Assembly: GCA_040954595.2 (NCBI GenBank)
Contig: CM082584.2
Location: 7,521,919-7,585,918 of the forward strand
DNA from: Balanoglossus misakiensis
Lineage: Eukaryota; Animalia; Hemichordata
DNA: 64,000 nucleotides
Direction of reading: 5' to 3'
A program made the position numbers and the translations under genes. Positions 9,846-21,956 of this stretch are shown in pieces. Every line of letters begins with the position of its first letter. Within the stretch, counting starts at the first letter, position 1. The notes under the pieces were generated by a model. That model saw nothing but the letters and a program-made list of their open reading frames with translations, was not told where the DNA came from and did not search any database.

Positions 9846-12800
9846 ATCATGGCCAAACTGGGTCAGTTATTTAGGAATCAATGTCTGCCTCCCCCGACCA
9901 AGCAGATAAGACAGAAAACGCGACAGACTGAAATGCAGATAACGAAAGTCCATAGTTCAGACACGTTTAATAGAGAAACAACATTTTGGCCAAATGGTTG
10001 CTTCTGGTACAGATGGCATGACATCAGACCCGTACCTAGCAATATTCGGCCAGGGGGCATCCAACCTCCGGAAGCTGGAAACTGACATCAAGTTTGGCAG
10101 GTTGTTATTTTCGTCTTGGCATGCCTGGGTAAGTTTGAAAAGAAATATGTCACCTCCAGACTCAGTAGCTATTCTTGGATGCCAATTAACCCGAGGAAAT
10201 TATTCAATTATGGTAGTCGACCATGAATGTCAACAGAGTCCTCTTATTCAAAACACCATCATTAACCGGCTGTGACGGCCAAATATAGAATATCGCCAAT
10301 TACATAATGCGTAAACCTAAATAGTGTTTAATAATAAATATTAGCTTTTAATCTTGAAGAGTTGAATTAAAATGGCGTCCAATAAAATAAGTCAAACATC
10401 ACACACCCAACAAACTTTTATCACATATTCAGTATTAACAGAATTATCACAAACCAGACAGATAACCTTCTAAACTGCTGCACATATTATTCTCTAGTTT
10501 AAATGTCAGTTGTATTGCTCATAAGTGTGAAAGCATGGTAATTAAAAAAACAAGATAATTGTTTATATCATCTGGGTATCTTCAATGTCAACTTGAACTT
10601 GACCCAGCAGTGTATTCAGAGCAATTAAGGCGCATGGTGCCCTTTGCAGTTTATTTTGACAAGACAATAGCACATCATTAAAATTAACTAAGCAATAACT
10701 TCTGTTGTTATGCAAATTAGTCACACTGTCAGGAAGATTCGGGGATTGTGGGACTGAAAACCAGACAGCCCTCTGTTTATCATTAATTTGACATATTTGT
10801 TGCATCCCATAAATTATGCTATTGAGTCATGTTAGAAAAGAATTGGATGATATCCTGTACTGCGATGCTTGACATTTCTTTGCCATGAAATGTGATTTCA
10901 TTTTGTTGGTCAGGAAAAAAAATTATACTAGGATTGACTAAAGTAAATTTTCACAGATTCTCAAATTGAATGGCAAAAAGCTCATTAATCTGGCCTTGGT
11001 GGGCAACAAGTGACAGAAACCCCCGAGACCTTCGCAACAAAACCATCAATGTGAAATTATGGTGATTATACAGTGATTTTCTAAGTCACAAGTGCGTGAT
11101 TATTGTTCCCTTGCCGATCAATTGTTATTCTGTGCACCATGCAATGAGCAGTCAGCTGCCCTGTATCTAGGTTTGAAATGTCCAGTAATCATGCGTAACG
11201 CGTACTGTCTTGACAACATTATGATTATCTGCATGTAAGTCTGCTGTGAATTGTTATTATTGACAATAGTATGCTTGCTTTTAATATGGTACAAAGTGCC
11301 ATTTTTAGCTTACAAACAAATATAGAACTCTGGACTAGATTTCTGGTGTTATTTGGGAATTTCTCTGGAAGATAGATTCTTGACTTATAAATTATGCATA
11401 ATCGCTCGTAATCGAACTGAAGACAAAACGCCTGATCTCGTAGTACAGTCAGGCAGTCTAGGGTATCAAATACATGTACATTGTACTGAACATTTCATCC
11501 TACTTGACAGAGTAGAACAGTAAGCTGAAGCACACAAAACAATGTCAAGGGGGGGGGGGGGTATCAGACGCAAAGTAAATATCCCTTGAAAGTTTAATGG
11601 TCCCATTGATTTTTGTTTTGTCTTCGCAGCTACTGCTTTTAAAATGCCTTTGGTAGAACAACAGTTGTGAGCGATAGGTTTCTATTAATAAACCAGACAC
11701 AGCGTGACTTTTTCCAGATCAAATGCGCACACCATACTATGCAGAACCTGAATTCCGCCGTTTAATTTGCTAGTTCACCCTCGTCGCCCTCAAAAGATTT
11801 GGTTTCTTGGTTTCACCCGCAGAGGAGAGCGAAGAGGCACCACTGTCAGTGGGCACCCTTGGAAAGGACAATGATCAATTGTTCACGGTGGTTTGAAGAA
11901 CAAATACACCCCTTCTTTTATTTCTCTCAATGGCAGTGCTCTAGAGCCTGCCATGGCCCCCATTGTCAACAGCGACTGCCTGAGAAGACTTAACTGTCTT
12001 CCAAGGCTATTGAAGAATACTGTTATACGCCCACTTTGATTGTACAGTATGCACTAGGTTTTCTTGGTGGAGGAGGGGGGGGGGTGGAAGGGGAGGGGGA
12101 TTAGTCAGAGATCCAGTTTCACAAGTACATGTATTTAAGGAAATCTATTAGCAAAGGGAAACCATGAAATATCAGACTGGAAAAAATCGTCTACTACATT
12201 GTATCACCACCTATTAAGGCAACCGTAGTATCTTGCTCTTATCAACGAGCCTACATCATGCGTAAAAGACTGACCACACCCCCTCTCCTCCCTTGCAACC
12301 ATTGCACATCAAATCCATTTCAACGCTGGAAAATTCCACTGATCTCCCAATTACAGGGTTTCAATGCTGACATCAGCAGCCGCAATAAGTAGACGTAGAC
12401 AGTAAGGATCAACTTAGAGTCTCATTCTGCTCTCCACTGCAGCGGAAGAGCTCGTCGTGGCAGGTGGGCCCATGAGCTCGACACATTCCCAACGGGGAAA
12501 CTGGCCCGTCACCCGTGTCATATTCAGGAAATCTCAGAGCATCCGATATCCAATTAGACCTGCAGCCTGATGCAGATGCAGGGCAGTGCTTGGGGACGGT
12601 ACAGCTGGAAATAAATGACATGAATGTAGTTTCATTTCCCAAGTAATTCACTATCTGGCTGGAGTAGAATATGACATCGAAATTTAGGTTTATGTGACTA
12701 CGACAGTTTTCATTCAACTTGCACTAAAGAGAATAAAATGTCGAGCGCTTTACCGTAACATTCTTTGCACGCCACTAAGGATGAGAGAATTGAAAAAAAA

Positions 12801-15800
12801 ATTGATAAACGCACATTATAAAATATGTGTATATTTATATTCATAGAAGCATATTTATTTTGCTTGTACAGCAGTTCATGAAATATATTGGCTATATAGT
12901 TTCAGTGCACCGTTGCTTTGCATTATGGGTCCTTGTGTTCGTGCCAGTAGTTTCTAGATCCTCCAGTCGTTGACAACACACCCCTAAACGCGGTGCAAAG
13001 TTCACCCTACCATGCCATGACCTGTACCTAGATCAATGCCACATACTGAATAACACTGTCAAAAAATAACAGGCATACAAACGCACTACAAGTCGTCAAC
13101 ATAATGGTCGATGTGGTATTAATATATCCAATCTGACAATAAAACACACTGCGACATAGCACGCACACAAAAGATGACGCACGTAACTGCTACTACAGTA
13201 ACTAATGCCGTTACATAACGGTAACCCAGTGCTGTTTTATGAGCAGTGTGGTCGGTAGAGACCATGATACTAGGGAGATGAGAATGAGAGACACTGGAAA
13301 AATATATTTTGTCTGAGGATATTTCTTTTTTATTTCCCCGACAGTCTGCAATGCCTGGATTTGAAAAGTACACAACAGCTGTGGTGGAATTGCTAAACAT
13401 TCCGCCAGAAATATAAACCGCTATCGTTACAGGGATGCAAAATGTTCGAAAAATACCTCTTGGGACCTCCTTTTTTTGCCACAAGTCCCATACACTGTAC
13501 CTGTGTATTGTGCTTAAAATTAAATCTGCAGCTCAGCAATAATTATAATGGCAACGGCCCACCCGTCCAATTATAATACAGCAACGATATCCCATGATCT
13601 CTGACAGAATTTATGCCTTGAGAAACTGCACTAGGCATTATAAACTTTGTGATCTCGAGTGTGCCCTCTAACAAACATGATTTTAAAAGCTTTGCGTCAA
13701 TTTCAGGATTTTTAAAAATTTCTCTGAGTCAGCCCTATACCTTAACATATAGTGTGGATAATTTTCTTGAGTCACCAGTGAGTTTGTTGAGTCAGTGGTG
13801 CGTCATACGTGCTTAGAGGGCACGCTGGTGATTTCTGATTCTGTAAACCAAACTAGATCTAGATAAGCAACTATCTTTTGCTCCCTGTTCCCAGCATAGA
13901 GAATTGACAGAGCTTGGAATGGATGAGAATAGCTATTAACTTGGACACAATTTACACTTCCAGGCCGAGACGCTTTTTGCAAATGCGTGTCTCCTTGGGG
14001 GCATGTATATTCACAATCGATTTACCTGGCCATGGTTAATAATGCATGACTGTACCTGTGTAGTCTGTTCAGTATTTAAACATGAAATACCAGCATATAA
14101 CAGCTATCAAGATTACGAAATCTATCACCAGTGGACAGGTACATGTTTACACCGAAAATGACTGTGATCAAAATAACAACACATCAGAAAACTCCAGTAT
14201 ACACAATTATTGCTGACCTGTGCACATTTGCACTTTGCCTCAGCGTGCCAGGTGACTAGGCTTCGGTGACCCCAAAGGTCACCTGAGTCCTGACCAACAA
14301 ACATCATCCGGCTGTAAAATGGACCAATGGTTTTTAAAGAATGGCACCATTTGAAAAAAAATATCGGATGAGATACATTTTGCTTTAAATTGTCGTTACA
14401 AAATGTCCTCTCCAATGTACCTTTAATACCATTTGAATTGGTTTTATGGGTCCCAGTTTACGGTGTCAGGGATTACGTCTTATAACCTTGATCTAACATC
14501 TAAATCTTAAAGAAGAAACTAGAGAATTTTGAAATTACACAGAGAAGGTGAAGTAATTGTTAATTTTAGGAAATAGTGTGCAATTACTCTTTGCGTCTTA
14601 TCCACAGAGGAATTGAGTCAAAATGGCAGTTGGTAATTAGTTTCTATGGATACCATGTGTGTGTTGTCAAGGCGGTTGGTATGGTTAAATTGACTAGGCT
14701 AGGAGCGTGGCAGATTTAATGAGACAAGCTTTATTGATTTATATGGTGAAAAAAATTATGCAAAGTCTGTATTAATGAGAAGTAAAACCAAGGGGATTTT
14801 TACAGTAGTTGTTTTTGCCATTAGCAAGTGTTTGATCATGATGGTCTGTCTAATTGTCTGTGGTACCACTATCCATGTATATATAGATTACATAATAGTG
14901 AACAGTTATACCATGATAATTAAATGAAATATTTTTCAGCTACACCTAAAAAGTGTTTTAAATTTCTAGTTTAACTTATAATAAAATCCACTTTTCTCGA
15001 TCTCTGGTTCCTGTATTACTCATTACTGGAGGAGTGAAATAACACTGCCAGTCTTTTGCTCAGAACACAATTGTTTCAATGGAGGACTTTTACCTATGTA
15101 CTAGTTAAATACCCTGTCATGGAAATCTGGTATAAATATACAGGGCCCTGAAAATCTGAAATTTCACACCTAGGGTATTTAATCCACGGGCATAAACTAG
15201 AGTGTTTGTTTTGTGTGGAATTTCGTACAAAAAGATGGGATTTATTTGGATTTTGGATGTTATTGGGCAGCAGCTGTTCTTGTCAGACGAGCTGCTTTTG
15301 GTCAACGAAACATTAGTCCCTGTAATTCTGTTCTTGAGGCGCATTTTTGCGTTTTGCTCTCAAGTTTACCGATAATTTGTAGCGGCTCAAAACAGAGAAT
15401 CTTCGGATAATCAATTCTGCGCATAGCTTCTGCCGTAACTGATCCAGTTTCATCCTCTGGCTGAGATTGGACGAGATGGGATTGGATCAGCAAGTAGTGG
15501 CGGCACATGTTTATCAGGAAGCTCCCCCCGTAGGGCGCAACGTGCCTTGTTTCGTAACCGTCACCGATAACAGCCACTGACGATGGTGAAGAATACGTTA
15601 TATTCTGGAGCCATACTTTGGCTCAGTCGAAAATCCATCCCCTGTGGGATTCAGGTTTTACTGAACTTGAAAAAAAAAACAAGCTAGAGTTTGGACTAAT
15701 CTTGACTGTTTTTGTGCTAAATATGGGGATGACATGGTTACCATGTGGGAGTTGCAGGTGTACACGCACATGAAAATTTGATAACCATATTTTTTATATC

Positions 15801-16907
15801 ACGTGCCTTGTCCACCATTATCAGTGTAGTGTATTATGCTGTAGGTATTAACCGTATTTACTTCAAATTTACTTTAAAAAGTTTAAACTTCGGTAAAATT
15901 GATTCCATGCACGATAAAATTCTTCCTGAAGATACATTTTATACCAGTAAACTACTGGTCATTAGATGAATTAACATGCCCATATATGGGCATATGTAAA
16001 TATTGTATCCTAGGCCGTTTGAATCCATTTTGTTGTGTGTGAAAGTGCTTGTGGCAACATCATCAGCTTGTAACCATGTTTGGACAGAAACATAATTTAA
16101 TTCCTGCACTGCTTCAGAATGAAAATCAGACGGGGCGATGAGGCAGAAAAACTGATGACATGATTTAAAAATGTAGGAATATCAATATTTCATGGGCGTA
16201 CAACTGATAAGACTAAGAGACTTATCTGCAGTGGTGCAGTCTATGAATATTTGATAAAAAATGGAACAGTCGCCATGGTTACCCCGGTGCTGTTCATTTC
16301 TGAATGTAAATTGGTGTGTATGGATTCGCTTGCGCGGTGTGATTGAATCAAGCAGCCTCTGTGGGTTGTTTCTGTTGTCCGGCGATTTTCAGAGTGACTG
16401 ATGATGGTGCGAAAGTTTCCATCTTCGTCGTTGCGAGGCAACCACGCTGGATGCATTGTGATATGTAATCGCGTTCGGTGCGCGCAACCACAGCGCGTCG
16501 CGACATTTTGTCGTGCGGGCAAACCATTAGAAATCCCGAGATGGTGCAAATGAAAGGTTTCGCCGTCTTGTGTGGTGTTTGTGGAATTTTCTCGCAGCGT
16601 GACGTACATGTAGGGTTTCTCTTGGGTTGACTCTCGTTTCTCGGTCTCTTGGACACCGCCGTGATCTGCGGTATAGACACCGAGGAAAATCAATGAGCGA
16701 ATTAGAATGGCACGCACACACACTGCAACAAGTGATGCGCTTTTGTGGACTGCTAATTGATTGACTGAGTAGTCATGGCTACTTTAGCTCGCTTTAAGTC
16801 TATTACTTAGTGTCGACTGTGAACTGTAGTATTAGTGTCTTTAAGGTGACTTTTGAAAAGTTTTGTTGATCTATTATGTTCAGTTCAGGAGGGCGTGAAC
16901 CCTCATG

Positions 16908-17025
16908 GCCAACCTGAAGTGTGATCTGACCTCGTTCCATAAATTAACGAGTACCATGTAAAAAATTTAGATGCGCCAGCCAAAAGGTGTGATGTGGCCT
17001 CATTGCATTAACTTAAAGAGTGCCA
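16908..17025. repeat. Diverged two-copy tandem repeat, ~65-bp unit
   Basis: GCCAACCTGAAGTGTGATCTGACCTCGTTCCATAAATTAACGAGTACCAT versus GCCAGCCAAAAGGTGTGATGTGGCCTCATTGCATTAACTTAAAGAGTGCCAT. Confidence 0.6.
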
Positions 17026-18389
17026 TACAATACATGTAAATGGTCTGGATGAAGAGTTTTACATCACACCTTGATATCACAGCTTGAAATCCACTGTGTT
17101 AAACTAAAGATGTGTGACATGTACCTCCAAAGTGCACTGTGTGACTGACAGCTCAATCTTCTCAGGCATGTCGCCGATCGCACCTTGTGCCGTTCCATCA
17201 TGTCGGCTGTGTTGATAACATTTGCTGTAGTACGTCAACAATACGGGACAGTTGAAGTTTGTTCTATCAGTTGATTGGACTTATTCACTGCACTCACACA
17301 AAAAAATCACCATGCATGTTATTGTAGATGCATATTTCATGTGCATCGAACTTCAGTCCTATGGTTTCGCAAGCACTGAGATTGATTAGAATTTGTCATC
17401 AGCTTGAGAAGAGAAAATAATCTTCCTGGGAAGGGGATTCAATTTCTGATGATGTACGCAAGCAGTGGGTGTGAACTTTTCAACTGCATTTATAATTGAG
17501 GAGAATTTTATATGAAATGCCAGCCAACGTTTTTTCGTCAAGGACGATGGTACCTACTGTGGTAAACGTTACCATGGTTCCCTGTCATTTTTACGAGGGT
17601 TCCCCTGGTCATTGCAGACAGTTTTGGGTGTTTGTTGTGCAGTGAACAAATAGATAACAAAAATGATGCTGTACAGATTTGTTTCATCTCCTGACAGTTA
17701 CAAGGTGATATAAACACGCACTTTAAATTTAACGCGATCTCCCAAGTCCTGAGACTCCATTATTCATGTAAACAGAGTCCATATCAACATTACATGTAGC
17801 TCTCACAGGAAATTTTCAGGACAAATATATTATTCAAAGCTTTAGCAAAAACAAGAATTAATGTATTAAACACTGTCTATTTTTTCTGTTTTTATTTGAA
17901 ACTATATCTGTACTTGCTCTTCAATATTTTAAAGAAACCTAAAATTTTTATGAGGAAAGTGGAATAAAGGGAAATAAATGTTTGCTCTAATAAGGAAGAA
18001 TTGGATTTGAGTTTGGAAAATTGAAAATTGATAATGCATTAAGTTGATTGTAGATGACTAATAAGTTTGTTTTGCGTCATTGTAGAGAGCCACCTACGCA
18101 TTTTGATTAAATTTTGATGAAACTAATGACTTCCTAATGTAGTAAGATAGTCTTGATTTCCTTTAAGGACTGAAATTTTGCACCGTATCTTCAGGTGAAA
18201 TGTATACTCTCACATCAGTGTCTTCCTCGATGCGAGTATTAAAAATGGAAGTTTTCAATCGTTTTAATGATACTTGTCGAAAGGAATCGTATGACGTTCA
18301 TCTTTTTCTGAAGGTTATCTTATTGTCTGTTGTCCCTCATCTGACTGTATTCCGTCATTTCCTGATAATTGATAAAAAAAAATCTTGGA

Positions 18390-18575
18390 AACAAGTACAA
18401 ATGTAGTCTGTTTGCTTTGAAATTTGGTATGCAGGTTCTCAATCAGATTTGTTCAAATTGTGCTGGAAAAATGGATGTTATATTTCTGGAGCAATTATTC
18501 TTTTTCTCTGAAACACAGGCCTGATTACTTTGAAAGTTGGTGTGCGGGTAATAGAGGTCTATCGGTTGCTTGTTT
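18390..18575. repeat. Degenerate repeat-bearing interspersed element remnant
   Basis: Two diverged units share CT..TT.CTTTGAAA.TTGGT.TGC.GGT; they resemble core repeats of non-autonomous Helitron/Helentron-type elements (class is inference). Confidence 0.35.
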
Positions 18576-19726
18576 CTTTTGGCAGATTCTAGTTTGATGT
18601 TCTACAAGCTTGTTTCGATTCATATTTTTGGTCGCCACATGTTGACAGTTTGCCAAAGCGCGAAAAAAACAAACAAAATGCCTATAGAATATTGAGCGCT
18701 ATTTGTGTAGCAAGAGATGAATTGATGCAGAGGGAGTACAAAAATAACTGATTCACTCGGATGGTCACAGGTTGGGACGACTCTTCAGACTGTTTGATGC
18801 GACAGATGGTAGACTGGGAATTTCCTGTGTCTTCACATGACAGAATGACAGAGTAAAGGCGATTGAAAGGCGAAATATGGCAAATGTAGAGCTGACTGTC
18901 ATGCAGATCAGCATGACAAGGCGCGAGTCTTGAAGATAATAGTTAATACACCATACAATACCATATGTCATGTTTTTCACATTGTGGTACATGTGTTTTT
19001 CCCGTATGGTTATGCATACTAAGCTACTGAGCCATGTTTATAAATTTTTTGGTGCAACGAGAAGTAAAAGTATTGTTTACTAAAAGTGGGAATGTCCACT
19101 GAAAATCTGTGATTGCCTAGATCTCAATAGGGTAATTTTTAAATTTGCATATTAAGTGACAGTGTACATGTAACAGTATACATGTAACAGTTTGCCAATT
19201 CGAGGTGATTTTTTTGCGTTGAGGTTCTGAAGCTGTGTCTGTGATAACATCTATATATTCTGCACGAGAGCTCTCTCTCTCTTCATCAGTCATTCGGAGG
19301 AGCTGGCAAATATTTTAAAACGTGCCTGTGACAAACAGCGCTGCTTCCAGGGTCCGTACACTTCTTCTGGAATGTACTGTATTCACTTAATGATCGTGCT
19401 GCCCTGGGGAAGCCTCTCTGAGTCCTGAAACAGAAGAAATATATGCCACCTGTGATTCAGTGAATTTTGTTGAACAACTGCGTAGGACACTATTAAAGGT
19501 CATGTTACGTGAATCATGATGACTGTCAGTGTTACAAATGGGACAATTCATCCGAGTGAAAAATACATCAGAGTATCCCCAGTGAAATTAAGCTGTACAC
19601 TTTGCGACCGGCTCGGTTTCTGGTGATGAAATGCAGATGTATTTTTTGGGCACGGCAGATGGTGAACTAGTTTGCCCTGCCCAGGGCTCATCTTACTGCA
19701 AACAGAAAAGTCATTCCGGGCATGAA

Positions 19727-19814
19727 CCCCTTCCACCCCCCAGTTCCCTCTTTCGAGGTCCAATCTTGCCATAGAAAACAATGGGTTTGGACTAAACCAT
19801 GGTGGTGAATGGGG
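19727..19814 (-). mobile_element. ~85-bp TTAA/CCCTTTCACC MITE family, copy A (inverted)
   Basis: Reverse complement aligns with 63288-63372 (CACCACCATGGTTT.GTCCAAA...GACCTC.AAAGAGGGAACTGGGGG). Confidence 0.8.
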
Positions 19815-20525
19815 TGAAACTGTATGGGTGGGACCGGGATTGTAGTACTGGTAAACTTCAGTGTATGTCGTCTGGTGCATGAGGTCAGCCAGGGCGATGG
19901 CATCGTGGTGACACCATGGACATGCCGTACTTTGTCAACTTGCAACCACAAACAACTGCGTGATTTGAAATTGTACGATTGCCAAAAGGTCTGTCCATTG
20001 GCCGCTATTGAAATTATGAAAGCAAAATAAGTTTTATTTCGTTGAAATTTTCATGATCGACAGATGGTTTTCCCTCTCATCAAACCTCAAGTAGTCCTTA
20101 CAAAAATTATGGAAATAATACCGTATCTGTGCCCTTCTAAAAAGATTCTCGATGCTTCTCCATGAGTCTAAGTAGGATTTTCTGGGAATTTTCTTAAAGC
20201 CTGCAGCCCCAGTCCATCTGGGCATGTGGAATGGAAAAGAAATTCTGCGTCATGGAGAATCTGTGTGCGTCATTTGGTGGACTTATGAGGGCACACTGCA
20301 TACACCTTCTCGTGGCGCTCAAGGCACGACAGTCAATTTTCAAAGCATGCAGATTCATCAGCTTAAAAGGGACAAATTTTGGGATATGTTATTATCAGGT
20401 GTGACTGAAGCTGTGACGAGTCACAATAAAACGTCATGCAGCAAGCGGAATGAGAAGCAATTGTCCCGTAAATCAAAAAGCCACAAAAATAATAGGGCAC
20501 CACAGTGACGGTGTCCTAGCAACCA

Positions 20526-20581
20526 AACATTGAAATTGAGTTCATATGCGTCCAACGTTGAAATTGAGTTCATATGCGTCT
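20526..20581. repeat. 28-bp tandem duplication
   Basis: AAC(A/G)TTGAAATTGAGTTCATATGCGTC twice. Confidence 0.9.
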
Positions 20582-20675
20582 GATATTAGCTGTGTCATTA
20601 ACTTGCAGACATGATCTTATTACCCATACATCATAATGTACCTGGATACAGTTTGTGCCTAACTTCCTGATTTAA

Positions 20676-20813
20676 GGTAATTACGCGCCTTGGGGACCGA
20701 TCTTCAAAGTCATCAAAACTTCAACAATTCTTTGTGTTATTAAAGTGTGTGGGGAGTCTTTTTGAAAGCATAGAAGAAATCAGAGTTTTCAGTGCCTTGT
20801 TTTCATAAAAATC
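20676..20813 (-). mobile_element. Kolobok-like (TTAA-GG) MITE family, truncated inverted copy
   Basis: TTAA|GGTAATTACGCGCCTTGGGGAC end; the reverse complement aligns with the right part of 48459-48811 (ATGAAAACAAG...TTTCTTCT.TGCTTT...CACACTTTA). Confidence 0.7.
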
Positions 20814-21128
20814 ACTACTTTGTGAAGGTGGTGTGGTGCTGCTAGTGGTGTATTCGTATTACCTGCATATTTTTTTCCAAATGTCATATTTTTCATCAAA
20901 GATGATAGGGAAACCCCACATACTATCCATTTCATAAAGCTGAGTAGATTTATCTGAACTTTTCTTTGACGTAGGTACGTGTGTAGTTTTTTCGAAATTG
21001 GAAATTGGATATGTTCTTAGGATTATAAATATCTCATTTTTGATATTGTATCTTCAAGAACAATTGACTTTTGAGAGTTGATATCGTCAAGAGTTAAGAT
21101 CTCTTACCAGTGGGAAGTTGAGTGGTTT

Positions 21129-21175
21129 GTGTGTGTGTGTGTGTGTCACTGTGTGTGTGTGTGTGTGTGTGTGTG
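21129..21175. repeat. Interrupted (GT)n microsatellite
   Basis: Direct reading. Confidence 0.9.
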
Positions 21176-21935
21176 CGCCCGCACCTATCTATGTGTGTGT
21201 GTGCATAATGTGTATATACCCGATACATACATGTATATGTGTGGTCATATTGACACTGAAAGATTTGTATTTTATGAGGTTTATTGAATTAGGATGTTAT
21301 TGCATTTGGAAGACACACAGCATTTATCTTTGTAACTGATAATTGCGAGGTGTTTAATGAGTCAGTTATTCTCAATAACCGTGCCCGAGTCAGACATCGG
21401 TGTCTTTCGCCTGGGCTCAGCCTCTGCTTAGATTACTTGGCTATGTTGAACGCGTCTGGGTCATGCATCACGCGGCGTGACATCCTTTCCTCTGCTTCAC
21501 GTCCTCACCGGGTCGCCATGGCAACTAAGTCTCTTTTGAAGAGTGATGGAGGGATCAGGTTGGGTTGCGGCGCATTGCTTCGTGTCAGTCACGTTCTCCT
21601 CTCGCTTTGAAGATGCTTCGTCGGTGATACGGCGCCGGGGTCTGTGGCTGTGTGTGGCGGTCGAACCGGGCTCTCACTCTCTCTCTCTCGCTAATTAGCC
21701 TATTCAACCTGTTCTGTTGACTGACTCCGCGGTTACAGGACGGGAAGGGATATGTCCCCAGCCCCCTTGCCTCGTCGGACACCCTTTCGACGGCTGTCTC
21801 TCCCGCGGAACGGCACTGTCGATCTACACCCTGACAAGTTTTTACGAGTCTGAAGCAAGTGCCGAATTAAATAGTCGATTGCCTCATCGCTTTAAGCTCT
21901 GTCTTTAAACTCAAGAGGTTCACTGTCACAGAACA

Positions 21936-21956
21936 ATGGCCACAAAGAAGAAACAG
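21936..21956 (+). CDS. Candidate alternative first coding exon of MAST (MATKKKQ)
   Basis: ACA-ATG-G Kozak context; donor CAG|GTAGAG, phase 0; preceded by a CpG-rich ~450-bp leader containing an X-box (21512); intron-like T-rich sequence follows. Confidence 0.5.

Noticed and set aside
16241-16723. 160-aa minus-strand ORF with a signal-peptide-like start
   Set aside because: Non-ATG start, no recognisable domain, overlapping open frames explained by high local GC.
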